This document shows, piece after piece, positions 40,515-50,547 of a DNA stretch of 64,000 nucleotides. A program made the translations under genes and the position numbers. This DNA comes from Hyphomicrobiales bacterium (lineage in GTDB: Bacteria > Pseudomonadota > Alphaproteobacteria > Rhizobiales > Xanthobacteraceae), in contig JAFKKP010000301.1 in assembly GCA_017305515.1 (NCBI GenBank), positions 349 to 64,348 on the forward strand, in the 5' to 3' direction. The notes under the pieces are model-generated. The model searched no databases. It was not told the origin of the DNA and saw nothing but the letters and a program-made list of their open reading frames with translations. Within the stretch, counting starts at the first letter, position 1. The number at the start of each line of letters is the position of its first letter.

Positions 40515-42119
40515 TCACATCCTGAACACGCCGAAGCGCGTCGGCTCGATGGGCGCATTCGCCGCTGCCGACAAACCAAGGCCGAGCACAAGGCGGGTAT
40601 CGGCGGGATCGATCACGCCGTCGTCCCACAGCCGGGCGGTGGCGTAATATGGATGTCCCTGCGTTTCGTACTGCTCGCGGATCGGGGCGCGGAACGCATC
40701 TTCTTCTGCCGCCGACCACTTGCCGCCCTTGGCCTCGATATTGTCGCGGCGAAGCGTGCTCAACACCGTCGCGGCCTGTTCGCCGCCCATCACCGAAATG
40801 CGTGCGTTCGGCCACATCCACAAGAACCTTGGACTATAAGCGCGACCGCACATGCCGTAATTGCCGGCACCGTAAGAGCCGCCGATCACGACGGTGAATT
40901 TCGGCACGGACGTGGTCGCAACTGCGGTGACGAGCTTCGCGCCGTCGCGCGCGATGCCGCCCGCCTCGTATTTCTTGCCGACCATGAAGCCCGTGATGTT
41001 TTGCAGGAACAGAAGTGGAATGTTTCGCTGACTGCACAATTCGATGAAGTGCGCACCCTTCAGCGAGCTTTCGCTGAACAGGATGCCGTTGTTAGCAACG
41101 ATACCGACCGGATAACCCCAGATATGCGCGAAGCCGCAGACCAGCGTCGTGCCATATAATTTCTTGAATTCCTCGAATTCCGATCCGTCGACGATGCGCG
41201 CGATGATTTCGCGGACGTCGAACGGTTTGCGCGCGTCGGCCGGCACGACGCCGTAAATATCCTCCCGCTCGAACAGCGGCTCGCGCGGCGCACGCAATCC
41301 CGCCGCCGACGATTTCGCCGGATTGAGATTGCCAACGATGCGGCGCGCGATGCCGATCGCGTGGCTGTCGTTCTGCGCGTAGTGATCGGTCACGCCGGAC
41401 TGGCGGCTGTGAACGTCCGCGCCGCCGAGTTCTTCCGCAGTCACGACTTCGCCGGTCGCGGCTTTCACCAGCGGGGGGCCGCCAAGGAAGATCGTGCCTT
41501 GGTTGCGCACGATGATGCTCTCGTCGGACATGGCCGGCACATAGGCACCGCCCGCCGTGCACGATCCCATTACGATTGCGATCTGCGGAATGCCCTGTGC
41601 GGACAGATTGGCCTGATTGTAGAAGATGCGGCCGAAATGTTTTTCGTCAGGAAAGATCTCATCCTGCTGCGGCAAAAACGCGCCGCCGGAATCCACCATG
41701 TAGATGCATGGCAGATTGTTCTGGCGCGCGATGTCCTGCGCACGCAGATGCTTCTTCACCGTCATCGGATAATAGGTGCCGCCGCTGATGGTGGCGTCGT
41801 TGGCGACGATCACGCATTCGCGGCCCGCAACGCGGCCGATGCCGGTGACGATGCTCGCGGAATGAACCGCGCCACCGTAAAGACCGTAGGCTGCCATCGG
41901 CGAGAATTCCAGAAACGCCGTTCCCGGATCGATCAGGAGATCGACGCGCTCACGTGCGAGCATTTTGCCGCGTGCCGTGTGTTTGGCGCGCGAGGCTTCG
42001 CCTCCACCGCCGATCACTTCGGTGAGCTTTTCGCGGAGGTCAGTCACAAGGGCGCGCATCGCCTCGGCGTTGCGGGAAAAGTCCTCCGATTTCGGATCGA
42101 TACTCGAACGAAGAGCCAT
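40515..42119 (-). CDS. mccB: 3-methylcrotonyl-CoA carboxylase beta (carboxyltransferase)
   Basis: [44 protein letters not shown]. Confidence 0.93.
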   Translation of the reverse strand: MALRSSIDPKSEDFSRNAEAMRALVTDLREKLTEVIGGGGEASRAKHTARGKMLARERVDLLIDPGTAFLEFSPMAAYGLYGGAVHSASIVTGIGRVAGRECVIVANDATISGGTYYPMTVKKHLRAQDIARQNNLPCIYMVDSGGAFLPQQDEIFPDEKHFGRIFYNQANLSAQGIPQIAIVMGSCTAGGAYVPAMSDESIIVRNQGTIFLGGPPLVKAATGEVVTAEELGGADVHSRQSGVTDHYAQNDSHAIGIARRIVGNLNPAKSSAAGLRAPREPLFEREDIYGVVPADARKPFDVREIIARIVDGSEFEEFKKLYGTTLVCGFAHIWGYPVGIVANNGILFSESSLKGAHFIELCSQRNIPLLFLQNITGFMVGKKYEAGGIARDGAKLVTAVATTSVPKFTVVIGGSYGAGNYGMCGRAYSPRFLWMWPNARISVMGGEQAATVLSTLRRDNIEAKGGKWSAAEEDAFRAPIREQYETQGHPYYATARLWDDGVIDPADTRLVLGLGLSAAANAPIEPTRFGVFRM

Positions 42120-42302
42120 CGCCTCATTGGCCTCCCGCCAATCACTATTGTGCGCCGCAACCGGACTTCACGCCGGCTTCGCTACCAAATTGTCACTGCT
42201 GACATATCCAGCGCAACCACAAGTTTGCTGTAAGGATTAGCGCAGGGCGGAGAGAGCGAATGTCGCGTGGCCGACAATCGCAGGCGCAGCCGTGAAGCGA
42301 CG

Positions 42303-42608
42303 TCAGTGCGTCCAGGGTTCGGTGCGGCGGAACGCGAAGTTGTCGGCATAGGCCTTGATGCGCGGCTTCAGATCCTGCGGCTCCAGCACCTGATACGGAA
42401 TGCCCTCGCGCTCGCAATAAGCGACGGCGTCTTCCTTGGTATCGAAGTGGATCGACAATTGCTGCTTCATGTCGCCGGAACTGGTCCAGCCCATCAGCGG
42501 CTCGATCACGCGCGGCTGCTCCGGCTCGTAGTCGAGCTGCCATTCCTTCGTTTTAGCCCGGCCTGATTGCATGGCGTTCTTGGCCGGCTTGAAGATTCGA
42601 GCAGTCAT
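42303..42608 (-). CDS. ETC complex I accessory subunit (NDUFS4-like)
   Basis: ARIFKPAKNAMQSG, EPLMGWTSSGD, YADNF. Confidence 0.9.
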   Translation of the reverse strand: MTARIFKPAKNAMQSGRAKTKEWQLDYEPEQPRVIEPLMGWTSSGDMKQQLSIHFDTKEDAVAYCEREGIPYQVLEPQDLKPRIKAYADNFAFRRTEPWTH

Positions 42609-42843
42609 ATGTCGCAAGCCTCTTGAGTCACAAGCCTCTTGGCGGATCGTGCGGTGAGCCGTCACGATAGATGAAAAGCATGTGATTCTCGCCGGGATTG
42701 CGGTCAAAATGCCGCGCACCGGGACAATCCGTGGTTCTCAATTCGGGAACTGGTATAGTCTGGCGCAAATCAGGTGACAATCGCAGCATTCGGTCAACCA
42801 GCCGGAAGCCGCCGACCGGCAACACATTTCCCCAACGGCAATC

Positions 42844-44013
42844 ATGGACATTAAAGCAACCCTTCCCGAGAAAGGCCGCGACCTGCGGCTCGACTTCTTC
42901 CGTGGCATTGCCAATTGGTGGATTTTCCTCGACCACATTCCTCATAACGTCATCAACTGGGCAACGCCGCGCAACTACGGCTTCAGCGACGCCGCAGACC
43001 TTTTCGTTTTCATTTCGGGCTACACGGCATCGTTCGTCTACGCAAAGCTGATGCTCGACCGCGGTTTCATCGTCGGCTCGACGCGACTATGGAAGCGCGT
43101 CTGGCAGCTTTACGTCGCCCACGTTCTGCTGTTCGTCATCTATATCGCGGCGATCGGCTGGGTCGCGCTGCGCTACAACGATCCCGACATCATCAACGAG
43201 TTCAACGTCGCGGGACTGGTCGATAATCCGATCCAGACGCTGACGCAGGGACTGCTGCTGCGCTTCAAGCCGGTCAATCTCGACGTGCTTCCGCTCTACA
43301 TCGTTCTGATGGGATTTTTCCCGCCGGTTCTCTGGCTGATGTTGCGCAAGCCGGATCTTGTGATGCTGGCATCGCTCGCGCTCTATTTTGCCGCGCGCCA
43401 GTTCGGCTGGAATTTCCAAGCCTATCCGCAGGGCAGCTGGTACTTCGATCCCTACACCTGGCAGTTGCTGTTCGTGTTCGGCGCGTGGTTCGCGCTCGGC
43501 GGCGCGCGCGAATCCCAATCGGTCATCAATTCACGCTGGCTGCTGATCGCAGGTACCGTCTATCTGATTTTCGCGCTGGCGATGACGATGGCGGGCCGCT
43601 TCGAGCCATTCGGCGATCTGTTTCCGCGCTGGCTTTACGATGCGTTCAATCCGAACGACAAAACCTTCCTCGCGCCGTATCGCGTGCTCCACTTCGTCGT
43701 CATCGCTTTCTTCGTCACGCGCTTTGTGAAGAAAGACTGGGCCGGACTGGAATGGAAGATTTTCGATCCGCTCATCAAATGCGGCCAACAATCGCTCCAG
43801 GTGTTCTGCGTCGGCATTTTCCTGTCGTTCGTCGCCCACTTCGTGCTGCTGCTGAGTTACGGTTCGTTCTGGGCCCAACTCGGAGTCAGTCTCGGCGGCA
43901 TCGCGATCCTCACCGGCGTCGCCTATTACGGAAACTGGTCGAAGAAGCAGGACAAGCCGTCGCGGCCAGTAGCGCCGGTGGCCGCTAAACCGGCAGCGGC
44001 GCCGGGCAGCTGA
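42844..44013 (+). CDS. opgC: OpgC domain membrane protein
   Basis: RDLRLDFFRG, GFSDAA..FVFISG, DVLPLY, WQLLF. Confidence 0.88.
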   Translation: MDIKATLPEKGRDLRLDFFRGIANWWIFLDHIPHNVINWATPRNYGFSDAADLFVFISGYTASFVYAKLMLDRGFIVGSTRLWKRVWQLYVAHVLLFVIYIAAIGWVALRYNDPDIINEFNVAGLVDNPIQTLTQGLLLRFKPVNLDVLPLYIVLMGFFPPVLWLMLRKPDLVMLASLALYFAARQFGWNFQAYPQGSWYFDPYTWQLLFVFGAWFALGGARESQSVINSRWLLIAGTVYLIFALAMTMAGRFEPFGDLFPRWLYDAFNPNDKTFLAPYRVLHFVVIAFFVTRFVKKDWAGLEWKIFDPLIKCGQQSLQVFCVGIFLSFVAHFVLLLSYGSFWAQLGVSLGGIAILTGVAYYGNWSKKQDKPSRPVAPVAAKPAAAPGS

Positions 44014-44071
44014 CGCCATGCCGCCACGGCGGCATCGTACCGAAAAATATCTGCTGGATCATTGGGTTGGC

Positions 44072-44148
44072 TGGTCGGGGCAGCAGGATTCGAACCTGCG
44101 ACCTGCGGTACCCAAAACCGCCGCGCTACCAGGCTACGCTATACCCCG
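44072..44148 (-). tRNA. tRNA-Pro(UGG)
   Basis: Minus strand CGGGGTATAGCGTAGCCTGGTAGCGC; anticodon arm GCGGT-TTTGGGT-ACCGC; GGTTCGAATCC; CCA. Confidence 0.96.
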
Positions 44149-44234
44149 AGCGGACAGTCGTTACACGGTTCGTTTAGCGCCAGCAAGGCGAATGCCGGGC
44201 CCATTTGGGCCCGGTTTAGCTTGGAGAAACCGTC

Positions 44235-45659
44235 TTAGTAATTGTGACCGCGCATCCGGCCGCCACCGCCAAATGCCCCGCCGAGCAGCGCGCCACCGAT
44301 TGCAGCGCCGCCGATGATAGCTGCTTCTTCCTCAGGAGACGGCCCTCGGCGAACCACTTCGGGCGGCGGCCGGCGGGATGGCGGGGGTGCGGTATCGACG
44401 CGGCGCGGCGGAGGCGCCGTCGTCTTCGACGGCGGCTGGCACGGACATGTCGGCCCGGACAGCGAAGCCTGTTGCGGACCTGCCGGGTTCTGTCCCGCGT
44501 TCGGCGCGCCGCCGGCGTTTGCGGTCGTGGCCGCAGCCGACGCATTCAGCGGACGGTTCAGCGAGCGTTCGAGAAGTTTGCGCGCGGTCGCGGCGAGATC
44601 GCTGTTGGGATAGCTCGCCAGGAACGCGCGGAATGCACCGGGCGTGTTGGCGAACACCGCGCCGCTCCAGATAATCATTTCCTGACGGCGGTCGATCACA
44701 ACCTTCAGCCGCGCAACGAAGAGCGACTGCGGATAGAGTTCGACGAAGGCCCGATAACCTTCAACCGAGTCATCGGCGATGACGAGATTGTACGCCGCCT
44801 GTGGATCCTGCCCGCGCAACAGCTGACGCCACTCGGCCACGCTACGCGCGCCGGTTTTCGATCCCGGCTTGGCTCCGTTCGCCGGGAAGAAATAGAAGTC
44901 GCTGGTGAGCGACGAGCTTTCCCACGGAATCTGCTGACCGTCGGTCGATTTGTTGACGGCGAGACGCACTTTCTTGAAAGCATCCTCGATCGCCAGACCC
45001 GGCTCGCGCGCCGATACGACCAGGGCACTCGTATAAGGGCTGTTCGCGCCGCTGCCATCGAGAGCTTCCGTGCCCGGCGATGTCGAGAACGAAACGAACG
45101 AGCCCGCTGAATTCGCCTTCGTGTCCACCAGCGCCAGTCCGTGTCCGGCGATCTTGTTGATGGAATTGAACGGATCGTTGCGGCAGGCATCCAGCATGAT
45201 GATGCGCATCTTCGTCGGCACCGACGCGACCGTGTTCATGACGTCGTTCAGCCGAACCGCTTGCAGCGGCACGTCCGATTCACGATCGAGGGCGACATCG
45301 ACCGGCACCAGATAGTTCTCGCCGTCGATCTGGAGACCGTGACCGGCGTAATAAAGAAGCGCGACGGTGTCGGCGCCCTTGCCCGCGATCTTCGCCGCGA
45401 AATCTCCAATGGCCTGGCGCATCTCGTTCTGCGACAGGTCGAGCGCGGTTTTAACCTCGAAGCCGGCCGCCTGAAGCATTTCGGAGGTGAGCTTGGCGTC
45501 GTTGGTCGGATTGGTGAGTGCCGGGACGGTCTTGTAGGCGGATTGGCCTATCACAAGCGCGACACGATTTTCTGCGGCGGCGCGCTGGCTAGAGATCGAA
45601 AATCCCAAAGCGGCGCAGAAAAGAAGAACAAAGAAATTGAAGCGAGCGGGAGCACGCAT
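44235..45659 (-). CDS. Secreted caspase-family (peptidase C14) protein
   Basis: Signal peptide, RVALVIG, YYAGHG and LDACR catalytic dyad, NSPYT, QIPW; Pro/Gly-rich tail. Confidence 0.88.
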   Translation of the reverse strand: MRAPARFNFFVLLFCAALGFSISSQRAAAENRVALVIGQSAYKTVPALTNPTNDAKLTSEMLQAAGFEVKTALDLSQNEMRQAIGDFAAKIAGKGADTVALLYYAGHGLQIDGENYLVPVDVALDRESDVPLQAVRLNDVMNTVASVPTKMRIIMLDACRNDPFNSINKIAGHGLALVDTKANSAGSFVSFSTSPGTEALDGSGANSPYTSALVVSAREPGLAIEDAFKKVRLAVNKSTDGQQIPWESSSLTSDFYFFPANGAKPGSKTGARSVAEWRQLLRGQDPQAAYNLVIADDSVEGYRAFVELYPQSLFVARLKVVIDRRQEMIIWSGAVFANTPGAFRAFLASYPNSDLAATARKLLERSLNRPLNASAAATTANAGGAPNAGQNPAGPQQASLSGPTCPCQPPSKTTAPPPRRVDTAPPPSRRPPPEVVRRGPSPEEEAAIIGGAAIGGALLGGAFGGGGRMRGHNY

Positions 45660-45814
45660 TGAAGCCTCCATCGCGGAAATTTGATCGCAGTATGGCATCC
45701 TTTTACCGCACGCGCCAATGCGTTGGTGAACGCATCGAGACGATAGGTTCATCGACCGCAGTCATTTTGACGCTGTGAAATGACAGCAACATTGCCGGAT
45801 CGGCGGATACTCGC

Positions 45815-46288
45815 CTAGCGCGAACCGAACAGCGGATGCGCAACCTTGTCGCCGGGCTCGATTCCGTATTTGCGCGCGGTGCCGCCGATCACTTCGAGGA
45901 CGCCTTTCGCCAGCCCCCCCGAGGAAATGATCTTTTCCGATTGCGGCTCGGTGTTTTCGGCGATCCGCAGGATGCGGCCATCGGCGCGGATGAAAATCAT
46001 GTCGAGCGGGATGAACGTATTCTTCATCCACATCGAAACCATCTGTGGCGGCGAAAAATCGAACAGCATCCCCCGCCCTTCGGCGAGCTCCTTTCGGAAC
46101 ATCAGTCCGGTTTCGCGCTCCTGTTCGGTCGTCGCCATTTCCACGGTGAAAACATGGACGCCGGACCTGCTGACGATCTCCAGCGACTGCGTGTCGGCCG
46201 CGAAAGCCGCGCGGGTCACAATCAGCACGATGAACGCAACCAGCAGAATGATCCGCGAACTGCGTCGGCCAAAACTGTGGAAGGTCAT
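45815..46288 (-). CDS. DUF192 protein
   Basis: GLMFR, GMLFDF, MWMKNTFIPLDMIF. Confidence 0.9.
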   Translation of the reverse strand: MTFHSFGRRSSRIILLVAFIVLIVTRAAFAADTQSLEIVSRSGVHVFTVEMATTEQERETGLMFRKELAEGRGMLFDFSPPQMVSMWMKNTFIPLDMIFIRADGRILRIAENTEPQSEKIISSGGLAKGVLEVIGGTARKYGIEPGDKVAHPLFGSR

Positions 46289-46405
46289 ACGAATTTATCC
46301 TGCAACGCGCCGCACCCTAGCCCGCGCATCATGGCAAATGCCAGACGGCAGACATCGTCGGCGCGCGAGATCACGCGGATTTGGTGGGGAAAGTCCGGAT
46401 GAAGA

Positions 46406-47068
46406 TTAGTGCGACGACAGGCCGGTCGCGCCCGTCTCCGGATGGATTTCGGCGGCCATCATGCCCTTGGAGCCGGGCCCGAAGCGCACCAGCACATACT
46501 GGCCGGGCCGCAGCTCGGTCATGCCGTAACGGCGCAGCGTTTCCATGTGCACGAATATGTCCGGCGTGCCCTCGCCGCAGGTCAGGAAGCCAAAGCCTCG
46601 AAGCCGGTTGAACCATTTGACCTGCGCGCGTTCAAGACCGCTGGTGGGCGTGACGCTGACATGCGTGCGCGGCGGCGTCATCTGGGCCGGATGGATCGCC
46701 GTCGATTCATCCATCGAGAGGACTCGAAACGCCTGATAGCCCTTTTGCCGCTGAACGCATTCGCAAACCAGCCGCGCGCCTTCATAGGCCGTCTGGTATC
46801 CGTCGCGCCGCAGCACCGTCACATGCAGAAGAACATCGGGCCAGCCATTGTCAGGGACGATGAAGCCATAACCCTTGGATGCGTCGAACCATTTGATGAC
46901 GCCGGAAATCTCGACGAGGCTGACGGACGCGCCATCCGACGCGAAAGCCTCGGACGAAATATTCCGATTTTCTACGCTGGAGAATTCGCCCGGTGAAATA
47001 TTGGCAGAGCCGGGTCCGGCGAACGCCGTACCGCCAAGCCTTTTGGACTCAAAACCGTCCGACCCCAT
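46406..47068 (-). CDS. Two-domain cold-shock protein
   Basis: KWFDASKGYGFI..DVLLH and KWFNRLRGFGFL..DIFVH. Confidence 0.9.
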   Translation of the reverse strand: MGSDGFESKRLGGTAFAGPGSANISPGEFSSVENRNISSEAFASDGASVSLVEISGVIKWFDASKGYGFIVPDNGWPDVLLHVTVLRRDGYQTAYEGARLVCECVQRQKGYQAFRVLSMDESTAIHPAQMTPPRTHVSVTPTSGLERAQVKWFNRLRGFGFLTCGEGTPDIFVHMETLRRYGMTELRPGQYVLVRFGPGSKGMMAAEIHPETGATGLSSH

Positions 47069-47266
47069 GACCCCCGGACCCCAAACTCTGCGGTCGATCA
47101 CATCCTGTGACGACTTACGAGCGGCGCGATGCTTTCAAAAAACCAAAGCAAAGCGGCGCGAATCTCTCGATTCGACGTTAACACTCCCGCAAGGGCCGAA
47201 AAGACAAAAAACAAATCAGGACCGACCTATGAACAACCTTGCGTCGGCGCGAATCAATTCCGCCGT

Positions 47267-48028
47267 CTAGTTGCTGACGAAAGGTCCAAGCGTTTCGCCG
47301 ATGTCGTGATGGATGACGAGGTCGGCGACGTCGTCCATGTCGGTCGGTTCGTTGTTGATAATGACGAGCCTGGCACCGCTGTTTCGCGCAAGCAGCGGAA
47401 ATCCCGCCGCCGGCCAGACCACCAGCGACGATCCGATTGCGATGAAGAGATCGCAATGCTGAGTGAGTTCGGTCGCCCGCTGCATCTCCTCGTCCGGCAT
47501 TGCCTGTCCGAAGGAAATGGTCGCCGACTTCACCGGATCGCCGCAAGCCTCGCAGTCCGGCGCTTCGCTGTTCTTGTCGAAGCGAGCTTTGACCCAGCCG
47601 ATCTCGAAGCGTTTGCCGCAGCCGATGCAGCGCGCATAGGTGGTGTTGCCGTGCAGTTCGACGACATGCTCGGGCGCGATGCCTGACGTTTGATGTAAAT
47701 TATCAATGTTCTGGGTAATGACCGCCGGCACTTTGCCGGCCTTATAGAGTGACGCGAGCGCGCGGTGGCCGCGGCCCGGCTTGGCCGCCGCAAAGCTCGG
47801 CTCCATCGCAAATCGCCTGCGCCAGGATTCATCGCGCGCGTCTTGGCTTGCGACGAATTCATCGAATGGGATCGGACGATTTTTGGTCCACAACCCGCCC
47901 GGCGAACGGAAGTCGGGAATTCCGCATTCGGTGGAGATTCCCGCGCCGGTGAACGGAACGATGCTTCGTGCTTCGGCGATCATGTCGCCAAGCCGCGCGA
48001 TCCCATTTTGCAGACTCGAAGCGGTCAT
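47267..48028 (-). CDS. cobB: Sir2 family NAD-dependent deacylase
   Basis: TGAGISTECGIPDFR, TQNIDNLH, ELHG, CxxC..CxxC zinc site, IGSSL. Confidence 0.9.
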   Translation of the reverse strand: MTASSLQNGIARLGDMIAEARSIVPFTGAGISTECGIPDFRSPGGLWTKNRPIPFDEFVASQDARDESWRRRFAMEPSFAAAKPGRGHRALASLYKAGKVPAVITQNIDNLHQTSGIAPEHVVELHGNTTYARCIGCGKRFEIGWVKARFDKNSEAPDCEACGDPVKSATISFGQAMPDEEMQRATELTQHCDLFIAIGSSLVVWPAAGFPLLARNSGARLVIINNEPTDMDDVADLVIHHDIGETLGPFVSN

Positions 48029-48046
48029 TCGTTCAAACGCGCCGGA

Positions 48047-48391
48047 CTAAAGCGGATCGGGTCCGAAACGATTTGATCCCGGCGTCCCCGGAAAACAGAA
48101 CCAGATCAGAATAATGACAGATCCAATGCCGGTGAGCGTCAACAGCAGCCACCATGCAGTCCGGTCCATATCGTGGAAGCGCCGAAATGCGACCGCAAGA
48201 CCGGGCAGCAGAAGTCCAAGCGCCGCGACCGCGCTAAAAATTCCAAATCCAACGATGCCGTCCATGACCCCCGCGATCAGGGTCACAATCACGGCAAACA
48301 ATGTCCAAAACCAATATTCCGATCGCGATGCGCGGCCATCGAAGCCTACATAGTTTTTAAATCCGGAATTCACTGCCTGCATAAAATCCAT
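48047..48391 (-). CDS. DUF805 membrane protein
   Basis: F.GRASRSEYW, RRFHD, G.NRFGPDP. Confidence 0.9.
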   Translation of the reverse strand: MDFMQAVNSGFKNYVGFDGRASRSEYWFWTLFAVIVTLIAGVMDGIVGFGIFSAVAALGLLLPGLAVAFRRFHDMDRTAWWLLLTLTGIGSVIILIWFCFPGTPGSNRFGPDPL

Positions 48392-48548
48392 AAATCACCT
48401 CGCCGTTCCAAAATGCGATAGTCGCGCGAAGACGAAAGGCTGTCGAGAGCGCCATCACATTTTCGTTCGCGTGCAACGATGTTTCGCGCGGGCCGTTGGC
48501 TCAAGCTGAACGACCGACTATTCCCGCCCATCGTCATCAGGATAACGG

Positions 48549-48788
48549 ATGCCCTACGCACTGTTTTGCCAGAACGTGAAAATCAGCAAGGCTTATCCAA
48601 CCGAAGCGGATGTGTGGAAACACGCACTGGAGAACGGACTTGTTGTCGATGTCGCCTCGACCGAGGAGCAACCGACGCCCAAGCGTGTGCTCGATAACGA
48701 TTATGAGATTCGCAAGTGTGACGCCGATGACCCGATGGGACACGGCGACAGAAAAGCAACCGACTTCCGGATTCCGTTTCCGGTCTGA
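48549..48788 (+). CDS. Hypothetical protein
   Basis: 79-aa ORF with AGGA RBS, followed by a terminator. Confidence 0.65.
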   Translation: MPYALFCQNVKISKAYPTEADVWKHALENGLVVDVASTEEQPTPKRVLDNDYEIRKCDADDPMGHGDRKATDFRIPFPV

Positions 48789-48805
48789 TCGGCTGCGCGC
48801 AGAAA

Positions 48806-48831
48806 AAAGCCCGGCACCAAGGCCGGGCTTT
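48806..48831. terminator. Bidirectional intrinsic terminator
   Basis: AAAGCCCGGC-ACCAAG-GCCGGGCTTT between convergent ORFs. Confidence 0.75.
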
Positions 48832-48839
48832 CGACTTTA

Positions 48840-49148
48840 TCAGTAGTAGCCGTAGCCACCGTAGGTCGTGGACGAACCCATCGGGCTTGGATCGTTGCTG
48901 TGGTTGCCGTAGTAACGCGGACCGCCATAGTAATATCCGCCGCCGTAATAGGGCCCATCGTAGCCGCCGTAGTAGTATGGGCTATTGTATGCATTGTACG
49001 AACTTGCCGCTGCGCCGGCAGCCAGAGCGCCCGCCGCGATCCCGAAACCGATAGCGGCTGCGTTGCGGCCATAGCGTGCCTCGGCGGGTGCCGCCGAAAT
49101 GGCCGCGACTGTTGCGACCGTAGCCAGTGCGATTGCAATCTTCTTCAT
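48840..49148 (-). CDS. Small secreted Gly/Tyr-rich protein
   Basis: Signal peptide ending PAEA, hydrophobic Gly/Ala segment, YYGG repeats. Confidence 0.75.
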   Translation of the reverse strand: MKKIAIALATVATVAAISAAPAEARYGRNAAAIGFGIAAGALAAGAAASSYNAYNSPYYYGGYDGPYYGGGYYYGGPRYYGNHSNDPSPMGSSTTYGGYGYY

Positions 49149-49176
49149 GTTTCAACCCTCGTGTTACCGGCTAAAT

Positions 49177-49201
49177 AACGAGCTGCTCCGTTAAAGGTTC
49201 C
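49177..49201 (-). promoter_or_regulatory. EcfG (general stress response) promoter
   Basis: Minus strand GGAAC-N16-CGTT ending 28 bp upstream of the 49148 ATG. Confidence 0.7.
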
Positions 49202-49322
49202 ATCCTCGGGCGGATTTGTTATTGGCCCGTGCAGTCGTATCTAGGAGCCCGGAAAACTGTTTCAATCTCGGCTTCGTCCCTTAGTCCGGCGGCGTCAAAA
49301 TATTTCTCAAGGAGAACCACAC

Positions 49323-49772
49323 ATGCGTTATCTGCACACGATGCTTCGCGTCAGAAATCTGGATGCCGCGATGAAATTCTATCGCGATGCATTGGGATTG
49401 AAGGAGGCGCGCCGGATCGACAACGACAAGGGCCGCTTCACGCTGGTGTTTCTCTGTGCGCCGGAGGACGAAGGCTTGCTGAAACAGGTGAAGGGGCGCG
49501 GCGCCCCGCTGGTCGAACTCACTTACAACTGGGACGAAGAGAAATATGGCGAGGATCGCTATTTCGGCCACCTCGCCTATGAGGTCGACGACATTTACGC
49601 GACCTGCGACCGGCTGATGAAACTCGGTATCACAATCAACCGTCCGCCCCGCGACGGACAGATGGCGTTCATTCGCTCACCCGATCTCCATTCAATCGAG
49701 CTGCTGCAAAAGGGCGACGCGAAACCGCCGGCTGAGCCGTGGACATCTATGCCCAACACCGGGCACTGGTAG
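49323..49772 (+). CDS. gloA: Lactoylglutathione lyase (glyoxalase I)
   Basis: YLHTMLRV, ELTYNWD, FGHLAY.VDDI, AFIRSPD..IEL; AAGGAG RBS. Confidence 0.9.
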   Translation: MRYLHTMLRVRNLDAAMKFYRDALGLKEARRIDNDKGRFTLVFLCAPEDEGLLKQVKGRGAPLVELTYNWDEEKYGEDRYFGHLAYEVDDIYATCDRLMKLGITINRPPRDGQMAFIRSPDLHSIELLQKGDAKPPAEPWTSMPNTGHW

Positions 49773-49782
49773 CTCCAGTATC

Positions 49783-49807
49783 GGAACATGAAGCTGCCAT
49801 CGGCGTT
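49783..49807 (+). promoter_or_regulatory. EcfG promoter
   Basis: GGAAC-ATGAAGCTGCCATCGG-CGTT upstream of the 26-aa ORF. Confidence 0.7.
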
Positions 49808-49844
49808 GTCGCATCATCGATGCAACACCGATGGAGGATTTCAG

Positions 49845-49925
49845 ATGGGACGCGGACTTTTGCTTTGGTTGCTGGGCGTGCCGATCCCAGTCATCATTCT
49901 GCTCTGGCTGTTTTTCGGCCGCTGA
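49845..49925 (+). CDS. 26-aa single-TM small protein MGRGLLLWLLGVPIPVIILLWLFFGR
   Basis: GGAGGA RBS, promoter upstream, terminator downstream; below the ORF-track size cutoff. Confidence 0.8.
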   Translation: MGRGLLLWLLGVPIPVIILLWLFFGR

Positions 49926-49930
49926 GCACG

Positions 49931-49965
49931 AATAAAGCCCCGCCCATGCGCGGGGCTTTTTATTT
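49931..49965. terminator. Bidirectional intrinsic terminator
   Basis: AATAAAGCCCCGC-N6-GCGGGGCTTTTTATTT. Confidence 0.8.
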
Positions 49966-49976
49966 ACAAAAACCTC

Positions 49977-50300
49977 TCACGGTTTTCGGCAGTCGCCCAG
50001 TCCTTCGACCACCTTTAACAGCTTGTTGTCGGCAGCCTTGATAACGCACATCTCCACCCGCTTGCCCGCAGGGACGGGCTTCGTGCAAATCACTTGCGGA
50101 TTATCGTCATATACGGCGGTCGAGAATTTGCAGTTTGCGAGACATGAGGCGTTGTAGTCGAACGGATTGGTGAGCGATGCGCTGGCCGAAAGCCCATCCG
50201 GCATGATCGTGCAGGTCACCGCGACTGGTTCGGCTGAAAGTGGTAACGGCAACGGCACGACGATTGCGACAAGCAGGGTCAGGCTTTTCAGAGCGTGCAT
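49977..50300 (-). CDS. Small secreted Cys-rich hypothetical protein
   Basis: Signal-like N-terminus and six Cys; start uncertain. Confidence 0.6.
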   Translation of the reverse strand: MHALKSLTLLVAIVVPLPLPLSAEPVAVTCTIMPDGLSASASLTNPFDYNASCLANCKFSTAVYDDNPQVICTKPVPAGKRVEMCVIKAADNKLLKVVEGLGDCRKP

Positions 50301-50547
50301 TTCATAGCCGTTCTCATTTCTCATTTGCACTGTAGCAGGCGCAATCGGGCTTGCCGAATTGCAGCTTTCTCTTTGTGAATGCAAGGTGACTTGTGCACTG
50401 CAACAAGTCGGTTGCTCTGCCCGTTCCCGGCAAGAAACCCGTTAGGGATGAGTTCCCTTTATCCAAAGTCCGGTTGTGCCGACGGTGCCGTTTCGGTACC
50501 TATAGCCGCAGCGGAGCCGCAAGGACCGCAGGTAAGGGTCCGCGTTC

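Noticed and set aside
47267-48028. Sir2 gene as an anti-phage NADase (Thoeris/DSR)
   Set aside because: It has the zinc-binding CobB architecture and lies in a core context with no defence partners.
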